Notes under the pieces: model-generated
What the model saw: the letters and a program-made list of their open reading frames with translations, nothing else
What the model was told of the DNA's origin: nothing
The model's database searches: none
From: an uncultured Alphaproteobacteria bacterium
GTDB lineage: Bacteria > Pseudomonadota > Alphaproteobacteria > HIMB59 > GCA-002718135
Length of the DNA: 64,000 nucleotides
Assembly: GCA_902625365.1 (NCBI GenBank)
Contig: CACOAX010000001.1
Coordinates: forward strand, 23,657-87,656
Direction: 5' to 3'
Shown: positions 19,871-29,373 of the stretch, one piece after another
How the letters are laid out: every line of letters begins with the position of its first letter
Numbering within the stretch: the stretch's first letter is position 1
Made by a program: the position numbers and the translations under genes

Positions 19871-20977
19871 CTATTTTTTCTCAATTATAAAAATTTCATT
19901 ATTAAAATAAAGGCCTTTATTTTTTGAAACTATTTTTTGAACTACTTTTTCATAATTTCTTGTTTTTTCTACCCTCATTACTTTATCATCATCCATTTGA
20001 TTGACATATATGGAAGCATTCCAAGCAGAAAAAACTAATGATGTTGCTATACCTCCGCTGATTTCTGTTGGTAGAGCTCTCAGTTTACATTTAATAATTC
20101 TTTTTTCTCCAAAAGATAAACTGCTTAATAAATCTTTATCTAAATTTTTCTTAAGATAAGAAATGATACTATTTCCAAGAGAAGGAAATGGGTCCTCTTT
20201 TGGCCAAATTTTACGAATTATTTCATTAGCAGGATCTTTTCCTGAAGCATGAATAGTTAATAATTTCCCTTTTGATTTTAACGCTCTAATCATTGGTTCG
20301 ATGACGTATTTTGATTTCTTTTCTGCTGAAATTCTTGAACGATAAGGCTGCGAAGCAATAATAAGATCAAATTTATTATCTGATTTTTTTTTGGTAGGTA
20401 TTAATTCATTAACATTAAATTCTTGATCTTCACGGTAGATAACCATGACTGAAGGCTCTTTATAAGTATGGTTACCTGACTTTTTATTAATTTCTATATT
20501 CCATTTTTTTTCTAAAAATTCATTTTGTTTTCTTAATTGTTGGGCAAATTCAAGAGAAGTGTCGCCTTTTAATTTAATAATATTCCAATTAATTTTTTTC
20601 TGTTTAACTTCATTTTTTGATTTAAGGTTTGCTGCTTCCGCATAGTGAAGATTTGAAATGACAAAAACAGTATTCTTATGCTCAACAAACCTATCAGGTA
20701 ATTTTTCTAAACCTAATCTTACATCTTCAATACTTATTTCTTTTGTGCAAACTAATAGAGGTACGTTAGGCCTAGCCTCGTGGCACTGACGCATAACATT
20801 CATAAGTAAAGAACCATCCCCCATACCAGCATCAAATATTTTTATGCCAGGTTTTTGAGGTTTTATTTTATTTACGTGAGGGCGAATAGCATCGGCAATT
20901 TGATTTTTTTCATTTGTTGTTGTTACAAATAATAAGTATTTTTGTCTGTTATCATAAAACCTGAAATTTTTTTTCAT
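19871..20977 (-). CDS. Conserved hypothetical protein with SAM-methyltransferase-like motif
   Basis: IFDAGMGDG motif I-like and FDLIIASQPY; starts 2 bp after the Fe-ADH stop. Confidence 0.6.
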   Translation of the reverse strand: MKKNFRFYDNRQKYLLFVTTTNEKNQIADAIRPHVNKIKPQKPGIKIFDAGMGDGSLLMNVMRQCHEARPNVPLLVCTKEISIEDVRLGLEKLPDRFVEHKNTVFVISNLHYAEAANLKSKNEVKQKKINWNIIKLKGDTSLEFAQQLRKQNEFLEKKWNIEINKKSGNHTYKEPSVMVIYREDQEFNVNELIPTKKKSDNKFDLIIASQPYRSRISAEKKSKYVIEPMIRALKSKGKLLTIHASGKDPANEIIRKIWPKEDPFPSLGNSIISYLKKNLDKDLLSSLSFGEKRIIKCKLRALPTEISGGIATSLVFSAWNASIYVNQMDDDKVMRVEKTRNYEKVVQKIVSKNKGLYFNNEIFIIEKK

Positions 20978-20979
20978 TA

Positions 20980-22092
20980 CTAATAAAGTCCCATTGATTT
21001 AGCAGAAGATATAAAGGCTTCTTTATTGCCAATAAAGTTTTTACCTCGCTCCCCTAAAAAAGCATCATCTACTATATTATTCCATTCTTGAACAGGAACT
21101 TTTATTTCATTTAAGTTAAGAGGAACCTCTAAAGAACGCATAAATTCACTCAGATGATCTGCAGCATTCTCAAGATTATCATTAAAAATTAATTTTAATC
21201 TCTCCTCAGCTACACTATCAATTCCAACCATACTCAATGTAATCATAGGTAATGTAAATGAGCAAGCAATACCATGCTGAATGCCGTAATTGAGCGTCAC
21301 AGGGTATGATAGATTGTGCGCAATAGCAGTTTTTGTGTTGGAAAACGCTAAGCCAGCATGAACACACGCCAATGCAATTTTTGAGCGTAATTCAATGTTT
21401 CTTAAATCTTTAGTGAGAAGTGGTAAATTTTCTAATATTAATTTTGACGCTTGTATTGCATGAGAAGCAGAAACTGGGTTTGCATTAATATTCCATATAC
21501 TTTCCATTGAATGAGAGAGAGCATCTAAACCAGTTGAAATGGTCAAGCCTAAAGGCTTATCAATCATAATAGATGGATCGATAATTGCTTTTTCTGCATA
21601 AAGAGATTTATGTGCCAAAGATAATTTATTATTTTTTTCTTTATCCCATATTGTGGCCCAACACGTAAGCTCACTTGATGTTCCTGAAGTTGTAGGGATT
21701 GCAATAATTTTGATTGGATTTTCGACTCTTGGACTTTTCTTATTGCGAACAAAATCTGTTAGATATTCTTGTTTATCTTTAAATGCAGCAATTGCTTTAG
21801 CTGTATCTGTAACAGAGCCGCCACCTATAGCTAAAATATAATCTACCGTTTCACTAATTGAAGAAAATTTAATTTGTAGCTCTAAAATATCCTTGTAATC
21901 TGGATTAGGCTGGACATCAGTCATAATGGATAGAGGTGGATTTGAAGAGAATTTAAATTCATCACTATATTTTTTAAAAATTTCTTCTGGATGAGTGATT
22001 ATAATGTAGTTCTTATTTTTAATAGTATGATGTACTTCCTTAAATCTATATTCTCCAAATAAAATTTCCACGGGATTAAAATAATTCCACAT
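20980..22092 (-). CDS. Iron-containing alcohol dehydrogenase (phosphonoacetaldehyde reductase-like)
   Basis: AIGGGSVTDTAK, IPTTSGTSSE, DALSHSMES, TAIAHNLSYP, HGIAC; downstream of phnY. Confidence 0.85.
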   Translation of the reverse strand: MWNYFNPVEILFGEYRFKEVHHTIKNKNYIIITHPEEIFKKYSDEFKFSSNPPLSIMTDVQPNPDYKDILELQIKFSSISETVDYILAIGGGSVTDTAKAIAAFKDKQEYLTDFVRNKKSPRVENPIKIIAIPTTSGTSSELTCWATIWDKEKNNKLSLAHKSLYAEKAIIDPSIMIDKPLGLTISTGLDALSHSMESIWNINANPVSASHAIQASKLILENLPLLTKDLRNIELRSKIALACVHAGLAFSNTKTAIAHNLSYPVTLNYGIQHGIACSFTLPMITLSMVGIDSVAEERLKLIFNDNLENAADHLSEFMRSLEVPLNLNEIKVPVQEWNNIVDDAFLGERGKNFIGNKEAFISSAKSMGLY

Positions 22093-22156
22093 TACCTTAA
22101 ATTGATTTTGTTCTTAGTAAATAAAGATTAGTTGTTGTAAGGAGCATTTATTTTTT

Positions 22157-23599
22157 TTACCAAGGTAGCGAAAAAGTTTTTACATTAGTAAAGCTTTTCA
22201 TTGCTTCAATTACACCCTCTTTATAACCAAGACCTGAATCTTTAATTCCACCAAAAGGAGACATTTCTATTCTATAGCCTGGAACCTCCCATATATTTAC
22301 AGTTCCAACACTTAAACCTTGAATATATTTTTTCGCTCGCATGAAATTGTTTGTACATACACCAGAAGATAATCCGAATGCTGTAGAGTTAGATATTGTC
22401 ATTACAGCTTCATCATCATTTGGAACACGAATGATTGGAATTACTGGACCAAATGTTTCTTCTAAAACTAATTCACTTTTAGGATCAACATTATCTACTA
22501 CTATTGGAGGTAACAAAGCACCTTTTCTTCCAGGGTGATATAAAATTTTTGCGCCGTCTCCTTCAGCCATAGAAACTCTTTTGTCAAAAAGTTCAGCAGC
22601 TTCGGCATTAACAACGGTACCTAAATCTGTCTCCATATTCATAGGATCACCAAATTTAATTTTCTTAGCACGCTCAAGAGCCATTTCGACAAATTGATCT
22701 GCAATGGATTCTTGTACTAATATTCTTTTTACAGCTGTACAACGTTGGCCGGAGTTTTTTGTTGCTCCAGTAACGGCTAGCTCAACTGCTTTTTTAAGAT
22801 CATCACTGTCTAAGTCATTTAATACAATTAAAGGATCATTACCACCAAGCTCTAGTACTGTTCTTTTGTATCCAGCTTGTTCAGCAATTAATTTTCCTAC
22901 ACCCACACTGCCTGTAAAAGTAATTAGATCAATGTTTGAATTTTTGATCATTTCTAATCCGATATCTTGAGGCCATCCAGTTACAACTGAAAACATTTCT
23001 GGTGGTAAGCCAGCTTCATATAATACATCAGCAAGTACCATTGCTGTTAAAGGTGTTAATTCTGTCTGCTTACATACTGTGCAATTATTAGTTGCAATTG
23101 AAGGCGCAATTTTATGCGCTACCATATTCAAAGGGTGATTAAATGGAGTAATTGCTGAAATTGCTGTTAATGGTTCTCTTATGGTAAATATTTTTCTCGC
23201 TTTTCCATGTGGAGTTAAATCACAAGAAAATATTTCTCCATCATCAAGAATACAAAGTTGTGCAGTCAATGAAAATACATCAAAAGCTCTTCCTACTTCA
23301 TATAAAGAATCTTGTTTTGAGATACCAAGCTCTAATGTAATAATATCAGAAATTTCGTCTTTTCTTTTAACAAGTACCTCTGCAGCAGTTTGAAGAATTT
23401 TTTGTCTCTCATATCTTGTAAGTTTAGGTTGGTAATTTGCAGCAATATCTAGAGCCTTTCTTGCATGCTCTGCGGTACCGGCTGGAACCGTTCCGATTAC
23501 CTCACCTGTAAAAGGGTACTCTACATTTATTGTTTTATCCGAAGTAACTTTTTCTCCAGCAATACGCATTGCTTCATTAATCATTTTTTTGTGCATCAT
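22157..23599 (-). CDS. phnY: Phosphonoacetaldehyde dehydrogenase
   Basis: [50 protein letters not shown]; overlaps phnA. Confidence 0.95.
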   Translation of the reverse strand: MMHKKMINEAMRIAGEKVTSDKTINVEYPFTGEVIGTVPAGTAEHARKALDIAANYQPKLTRYERQKILQTAAEVLVKRKDEISDIITLELGISKQDSLYEVGRAFDVFSLTAQLCILDDGEIFSCDLTPHGKARKIFTIREPLTAISAITPFNHPLNMVAHKIAPSIATNNCTVCKQTELTPLTAMVLADVLYEAGLPPEMFSVVTGWPQDIGLEMIKNSNIDLITFTGSVGVGKLIAEQAGYKRTVLELGGNDPLIVLNDLDSDDLKKAVELAVTGATKNSGQRCTAVKRILVQESIADQFVEMALERAKKIKFGDPMNMETDLGTVVNAEAAELFDKRVSMAEGDGAKILYHPGRKGALLPPIVVDNVDPKSELVLEETFGPVIPIIRVPNDDEAVMTISNSTAFGLSSGVCTNNFMRAKKYIQGLSVGTVNIWEVPGYRIEMSPFGGIKDSGLGYKEGVIEAMKSFTNVKTFSLPW

Positions 23600-24837
23600 A
23601 GGGCCCCTTTAATTGCATAGTAAAATGCATCATAGTTATATAATTGTTTGCTAGTATCTAAATTTTGTAATTTTAAGTTTGATATGAATGGCACTTCTCT
23701 TTCATGAAGTCCACCATGTGAACGTAAAGGTTCATTTAATCCTGAGAGATTGTGTTTATTTTCAGATGAACCAATAGTCATAAATTCTGAAGACATACAT
23801 ATTATGTCCCCCATTCTATCAAGAGGTAAGTTATAGGCAGAGCATCCTTCATCTTTTGTTAAAACAACTTCTATATCTTTTATTTCTTTGATAGCATTTA
23901 TAACAGTATCTAACTTACTTTTGTCTTTTAAATAAATTGTTGCAAAAGAACCAAGTGAACCATGATGCACGACATATGGATCTGTAATTGGTAGAATAAC
24001 TTTAGCCATATTTGGTTCAAATTTTTTATCTAAATAATCTTGTAAAAATATTGCGTTAGGTGAACCATCTTCTTTTGATTTTGGTTTCATACCATGATCT
24101 GCTGTGATGATTATAGAAACATTCTCTTTATTTAAAAGACCAACGTATTTATCAAACATAGCATAAAATTTATTCGCTGTTTCATTTCCTGGTGCGTATT
24201 TGTGTTGGATATAATCAGTTGTAGATAAATACATTATATTTGGTTTGAACTCTTCAAGAAGTTTTACACCTGCAGCCATTACAAATTCAGAAAGTCCTTC
24301 AGAATATACTTCTGGGACTGGCACACCTAACCAATCGTTTACGTTATCTATACCATTGAGATCTTTTGTTGCTTGATCAGATTTTTCAGCAGAAAAACAT
24401 ATTGCCCTCTGATCATTAAAACTTAATCCATTTCCTAAAAGTGTTCTTAACTTGTCTTTTGCAGTAACAAGAGCAATTTTAGAACCGTAATTGTAAAACT
24501 TTTCAAAAATAGTTGGTGCTCGCATGTATTTGGGGTCATTCATCATTACTTCTTCACCAGTCTCGGGTGTATAAAAAAAGTTTCCGCATATACCGTGAAC
24601 AGAACTTGGTTGGCCAGTTACGATGGAAATGTTATTTGGATTTGTAAAACTTGGAATAGCACTGTGAACTAGTAGGTTTTCACCATGAGCAATTAATTTA
24701 TCAAGATTTGGTGTAAGATTAGATTTAGATGCTTCTTCAAGATACTCTTTTTGACTACCATCAAGGCAAATCACAATGGCAGTTTTTGAGAAGGTACTTG
24801 GATATTCTCTTTTATTAATTTCTAGATTATCGGACAC
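23596..24837 (-). CDS. phnA: Phosphonoacetate hydrolase
   Basis: [51 protein letters not shown]. Confidence 0.96.
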   Translation of the reverse strand: MSDNLEINKREYPSTFSKTAIVICLDGSQKEYLEEASKSNLTPNLDKLIAHGENLLVHSAIPSFTNPNNISIVTGQPSSVHGICGNFFYTPETGEEVMMNDPKYMRAPTIFEKFYNYGSKIALVTAKDKLRTLLGNGLSFNDQRAICFSAEKSDQATKDLNGIDNVNDWLGVPVPEVYSEGLSEFVMAAGVKLLEEFKPNIMYLSTTDYIQHKYAPGNETANKFYAMFDKYVGLLNKENVSIIITADHGMKPKSKEDGSPNAIFLQDYLDKKFEPNMAKVILPITDPYVVHHGSLGSFATIYLKDKSKLDTVINAIKEIKDIEVVLTKDEGCSAYNLPLDRMGDIICMSSEFMTIGSSENKHNLSGLNEPLRSHGGLHEREVPFISNLKLQNLDTSKQLYNYDAFYYAIKGAL

Positions 24838-25120
24838 AATTTCAACTATATATAAAAATTAATTTATAGTTATATGGTTTTTAAACTCAATACTAATTCG
24901 AATATTTTTAATAAAATTGAAATAAATCCAAAATAAGTAGAATTAAGATATTCTCAAATTTAATGAATTTTGAACATTAAAAACAACATTTTGTAGAGGT
25001 GTTGGCTCAATAGTTAAAGTAATGGTTCACTCTTATAGTTACTTTTTATAGTATTATAAAAACGATTTAATAAAGAAATTATTTTGACAGGCATGAAGTA
25101 AATTCTTATCTACTAATTAG

Positions 25121-25963
25121 ATGTCAGTAAATTTTATTTTTATCTTAATTCTTGTTTCAGCTCTATGTCATGCAGTTTGGAGTGCTATAATAAAATCAAG
25201 TAAGAACCCTTTATCGTTAATGGGTATAACATCTGTCTTAGAAGTTACTATTTTCTTACCTTTAACATTTACTGTGCCATTTCCAACATTAGAAGTTTGG
25301 TATTTTTTAATTGCAACCGTCATCATTCATGTCATTTATAGATTAAATGTAATTTATTCTTATAGATACGGGGATCTCTCTTACATATATCCAATTTCTA
25401 GAGGAAGTTCGTGTTTGTTTGTAGCAATCATAAGTATTTTATTTTTAAGTTCTGATATTAGTGTTGCTGGTTTTGTTGGAATATTAAATGTTTGTATTGG
25501 ATTATTTTTAATATCTTATACTAAAAATTTATCTTTTAACTTCAGAGGTTTTGCTCTTGCGATTTCAACAGCTATTCTAATTACTGCTTACACTTTAGTA
25601 GACGGGGTTGGGGTTAGACTTTCTGAAAATGGTTTTTCTTATATTTACTGGCTCTTTACACTTAATGGAATACCATTACTAATTATTGGTTTGATCTCGA
25701 AAGATGGTTTACGAAAAAGAGCAACGTACACTTTAAGATCAGGAATTGCTGCTGGTGTATTTGCAACAAGTAGTTACGCAATTGTTGTTTGGAGTATGCA
25801 ATTTATAGAAATTGCTTATGTCTCTAGTATTAGAGAAATAAGCATTGTCTTTGCTGCAATTATTGGAATGGTTTTCTTATTTGAGAAGAATGCAAAATCT
25901 CGAATAATACCTTCTATTTTAATAGTGAGTGGTATTTCGGTTGTTTATTTTCAAATTCTTTAA
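25121..25963 (+). CDS. EamA/DMT family transporter
   Basis: About 10 TM; GDLSYIYPISRG, YTLVDG, SSIREISIV. Confidence 0.88.
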   Translation: MSVNFIFILILVSALCHAVWSAIIKSSKNPLSLMGITSVLEVTIFLPLTFTVPFPTLEVWYFLIATVIIHVIYRLNVIYSYRYGDLSYIYPISRGSSCLFVAIISILFLSSDISVAGFVGILNVCIGLFLISYTKNLSFNFRGFALAISTAILITAYTLVDGVGVRLSENGFSYIYWLFTLNGIPLLIIGLISKDGLRKRATYTLRSGIAAGVFATSSYAIVVWSMQFIEIAYVSSIREISIVFAAIIGMVFLFEKNAKSRIIPSILIVSGISVVYFQIL

Positions 25964-26007
25964 GGAAAAAATATAGACTTTTTGCACGAAAATTTTATAT
26001 GAGTTTT

Positions 26008-26169
26008 ATGACTGAGGATATTGTGAAAGTAGATACAAAAACTGAAACTATCTCTTGCGATGGTGGTGAAGATGGTTTAGGACATCCCGCAGTTTATTAT
26101 ACCTTCAATAATGAGAATAAAATTGTATGTGGTTATTGTGGTAGAATATTTATAAAAAAAGAAGAATAG
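26008..26169 (+). CDS. Small zinc-finger (zf-CHCC) protein
   Basis: Below the ORF-track cutoff. MTEDIVKVDTKTETISCDGGEDGLGHPAVYYTFNNENKIVCGYCGRIFIKKEE*; alternative start GTG 26023 after GAGGA. Confidence 0.88.
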   Translation: MTEDIVKVDTKTETISCDGGEDGLGHPAVYYTFNNENKIVCGYCGRIFIKKEE

Positions 26170-26171
26170 AT

Positions 26172-26525
26172 ATGTACAAAGAATCTTGGGGTCTAAAAAG
26201 AATTTGTCCGATGTGTAGTAAACAATACTACGACCTAGGAAGAACGGAGCTTGAGTGTCCTGAATGTGGTAAAGAAATTGAAGTTACTACTATGACAAGA
26301 CCAAGACGTGGAAGAAAACCTGGAAGTACAAATGCCGCACCCTTAACAAATCCTATTCCTCCAAAACCAAAAGAAAAAGATGATGATCTTGATATCGATA
26401 ATTTGGATTTGGATAACAACGAAGATAATCTAGAAGATGATACTGTTTTATTAGAAGACGAAACAGAAATTGATCCAATAGCTGAAGGTATTAAGCCTAA
26501 AGAAGACGGCGAAGAAGAATACTAA
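26172..26525 (+). CDS. FYDLN-acid (TIGR02300-like) zinc-ribbon protein with acidic tail
   Basis: WGLKRICPMCSKQYYDL...CPECG followed by a D/E-rich C-terminus. Confidence 0.88.
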   Translation: MYKESWGLKRICPMCSKQYYDLGRTELECPECGKEIEVTTMTRPRRGRKPGSTNAAPLTNPIPPKPKEKDDDLDIDNLDLDNNEDNLEDDTVLLEDETEIDPIAEGIKPKEDGEEEY

Positions 26526-26547
26526 AATTTTAATAAAAATTTAGAAG

Positions 26548-27786
26548 ATGTATAAGGTACTACAAAACACTTGGGCCCTTTTTTTTGGCTTTGGCTTAAT
26601 CTGTCTTGGACATGGATTGCAAGGAACACTAATTGGTGTTCGTTCTGTTTTAGAAGGTTTTAGTTTTTTTGCATCAGGACTAATTATAGCTGGTTATTAC
26701 GTTGGATACTTAACTGGCGCATTGACAATTCCAATTTTTTTACAACGTGTTGGTCACATAAGAGTTTTTGCCGCTTTAGCATCTCTTGCATCTATAGCTA
26801 TATTATTACACTCAGTATTTGTTCATCCCTATTCATGGATGTTTATAAGAATATTAACTGGAGTAAGTCTTGCTGGGATTTATGTGATAATGGAAAGTTG
26901 GCTGAATGAAAAATCAACTAATCAAACTCGTGGTCAATTACTTTCCGTTTACATGATTATTACTTTTGTGTTTGTTGGAGCAGGACAATTTTTATTAAAT
27001 TTAGGTGATCCAGCTAAAGTTGATTTATTTATTTTAGTATCAATCTTATTATCATTCGCACTTCTTCCCATTCTTCTATCTTCAACAGAACAACCTAATA
27101 CAGAAAGTCCTAAATTTTTTTCTTTAAGAGAGTTTTATACTGTTTCACCTTTAGGTTTTGTTGGTGCATTAGCAACTGGTTTATCCCATAGTGCAGTGTT
27201 TGGATACGGTGCAATTTATGCGTCATCTATTAATTTAAGCTTATTTGAAATTTCTCTTTATATGATGATCATAACATCTGCTGGCGCCCTATCTCAATGG
27301 CCTATTGGATATTTGTCAGATAGAATTGATAGACGTGTTATTCTTATTGCTGTTTCCTTTATGGCTTCAGGTTTGAGTTTATTTTTTGTTTTTGCAAGCT
27401 TTATGCCACTTACATTATTCTTAATTTTTACTGGTCTTTTTTCTATTGCTTGTTTGCCTATGTATTCACTTACGGTTGCTCATACAAATGACTTCTTACA
27501 ACCTAATGAGATAGTATCAGCAAGTGCAACCTTTGGTATACTTATTGGTATTGGATCAATTATTGGACCTTTGTTTGTTTCTGGTTTCATGGAAATTTTA
27601 GGAGCTGTAGGTTTTTACATCTATTTATTTTTGATACATGGACTATTAGGATTATTTGGTTTGTATAGGATGACACAAAGAACTAAACCACGTGATCTTG
27701 AATCACAATACAATCCTTTACCACGAAATATTAGTCCTGCCGGTATGGAAATGAACCCAGTTACTGAGCCAACTGAGAACGAGTAA
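26548..27786 (+). CDS. MFS transporter (YcaD-like)
   Basis: RVGHIRVFAA, ESWLNE, QWPIGYLSDRIDRR; about 12 TM. Confidence 0.9.
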   Translation: MYKVLQNTWALFFGFGLICLGHGLQGTLIGVRSVLEGFSFFASGLIIAGYYVGYLTGALTIPIFLQRVGHIRVFAALASLASIAILLHSVFVHPYSWMFIRILTGVSLAGIYVIMESWLNEKSTNQTRGQLLSVYMIITFVFVGAGQFLLNLGDPAKVDLFILVSILLSFALLPILLSSTEQPNTESPKFFSLREFYTVSPLGFVGALATGLSHSAVFGYGAIYASSINLSLFEISLYMMIITSAGALSQWPIGYLSDRIDRRVILIAVSFMASGLSLFFVFASFMPLTLFLIFTGLFSIACLPMYSLTVAHTNDFLQPNEIVSASATFGILIGIGSIIGPLFVSGFMEILGAVGFYIYLFLIHGLLGLFGLYRMTQRTKPRDLESQYNPLPRNISPAGMEMNPVTEPTENE

Positions 27787-28366
27787 GTCTTTTAAATATT
27801 CTGTGAAGTAACAAGAGAATAATTATTCCCATATAAATAACTGGTTCAGTTTTATCAGCACGAACTAGAACATAAAAATGCATACTAGCCAGAATGGCGA
27901 CAGGATAAATTAAGTAATGAATTTTCTTCCATAATTTAAAACCTAATCGTTTAATCATATTGTTTGTTGAGGTACTAGCAAGCGGGATTAAAAAAAGAAA
28001 ACTTATAAAACCAAAAGTTATAAAGGGTCTTTTTATTATATCTTGAACGATGAATTGAATATCTAGAAAATGATCTAAAACTATGTAAGTAGAGAAATGC
28101 AAACAGACATAATAGAAAGCAAAAAGCCCAATCATTCTTCGCAATACAACTATCGATTTTAAAGGTTTAATGTTTGATAGAGTAGTAATCATAAGAGTTA
28201 TTATTATTAGTCTGAGTGCCATCAGACCTAACTCGTCCATTAGTTTTTCGATTGGATTTACTCCAAGATTCCCTGTAACAAATTGGTACGCCCAGAGTAA
28301 ACTTGGGAATAGAATTAAAATAAATAAGATAGGCTTACTGCGATTAAAATTTCTTGTTGAAAACAT
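27761..28366 (-). CDS. msrQ: Heme-binding membrane subunit MsrQ
   Basis: RRMIGLFAFYYVCLH, KRPFITFG, WKKIHYLIY; downstream of msrP. Confidence 0.93.
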   Translation of the reverse strand: MFSTRNFNRSKPILFILILFPSLLWAYQFVTGNLGVNPIEKLMDELGLMALRLIIITLMITTLSNIKPLKSIVVLRRMIGLFAFYYVCLHFSTYIVLDHFLDIQFIVQDIIKRPFITFGFISFLFLIPLASTSTNNMIKRLGFKLWKKIHYLIYPVAILASMHFYVLVRADKTEPVIYMGIIILLLLHRIFKRLTRSQLAQ

Positions 28367-28369
28367 TCA

Positions 28370-29287
28370 TTAATAAAATTTAGTTAAATCTAAATCTTTA
28401 TAGAGATGGGCTACTTCTTTTTCATAGCCATTAAACATAAGCGTTTCTCTTCTTTTAAATTCTCCAATTCGTCTCTCTGTTCCTTGACTCCATCTTGGAT
28501 GGTTAACATTAGGATTAACATTAGCATAAAAACCATATTCCCATGGAGCCAAAGTTTCCCAAGATGTTTCAGGTTGGGTATCTAAAAATCTGATTTCCAC
28601 AATTGATTTAATTGATTTGAAACCATACTTCCATGGAACAACTAATCTTATGGGTGCACCATTTTGATTGGGCATTTCATGACCATACAATCCAGTTGCT
28701 AATATTGTTAAAGGATTCATTGCTTCATCCATTCGAAGCCCTTCTCTATATGGCCAAATAATTGTTCTTTTTTGTTGTCCTGGCATTTCTTCGGGCCTGA
28801 ATACAGTTACAAACTGAACGTACTTTGCTGAACTTAAAGGTTCGGCCATTTTTATAAGTTCAGATAGCTGAAAACCTTGCCAAGGAATAACCATGGACCA
28901 TGCCTCAACACATCTTAAGCGATACACTCTATCTTCTATTGTTACATTTGATAAAATTTTTTCTAAATCAAATGTTTGAGGTTTTTTCACTAAACCATCT
29001 ATTTTTATTGCCCATGGTCTAGGCTTAAAATTTCCAGAGTTTAAGTGAGGATGTTTTTTATGAGTGCCAAATTCATAAAAATTATTATACGTTGTGATTT
29101 CTTCGTAAGAATTAAGTTTATCATTTTCATTTAGTTTTTTAGTATAAACTGAAAAATCACTATCGTGGTTTGCAAATGCTGATGAGGTAACTGTTGTTAG
29201 CATGGCACTAGCCAAAGATCCCTTTATAAACTTACGTCTATTTAAATAAGTCTTATAGGGTGTGATTTCAGATCCTAAAATTTTCAT
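28370..29287 (-). CDS. msrP: Methionine sulfoxide reductase catalytic subunit MsrP
   Basis: Tat motif RRKF, YNNFYEFG, LRCVEAWS, QNGAPIRLVVPWKYGFKS, HPRWSQ. Confidence 0.96.
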   Translation of the reverse strand: MKILGSEITPYKTYLNRRKFIKGSLASAMLTTVTSSAFANHDSDFSVYTKKLNENDKLNSYEEITTYNNFYEFGTHKKHPHLNSGNFKPRPWAIKIDGLVKKPQTFDLEKILSNVTIEDRVYRLRCVEAWSMVIPWQGFQLSELIKMAEPLSSAKYVQFVTVFRPEEMPGQQKRTIIWPYREGLRMDEAMNPLTILATGLYGHEMPNQNGAPIRLVVPWKYGFKSIKSIVEIRFLDTQPETSWETLAPWEYGFYANVNPNVNHPRWSQGTERRIGEFKRRETLMFNGYEKEVAHLYKDLDLTKFY

Positions 29288-29373
29288 ATTTTAAATATAT
29301 ATTAATAAATCTAAAATTGTAGTAATGTTAAGAACATCTTTATCAAATCAATTTAAATTGTTAGTGTAAATCC

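Noticed and set aside
20980-24837. Phosphonate biosynthesis cluster
   Set aside because: No PEP mutase or phosphonopyruvate decarboxylase in the window; phnA, phnY and phnZ are catabolic
24995-25035. tRNA-5'-half-like string GGTGTTGGCTCAATAGTTAAAGTA at the edge of the phosphonate region
   Set aside because: No D-stem pairing, anticodon arm, T-loop or matching direct repeat; too weak to call a tRNA remnant or att site
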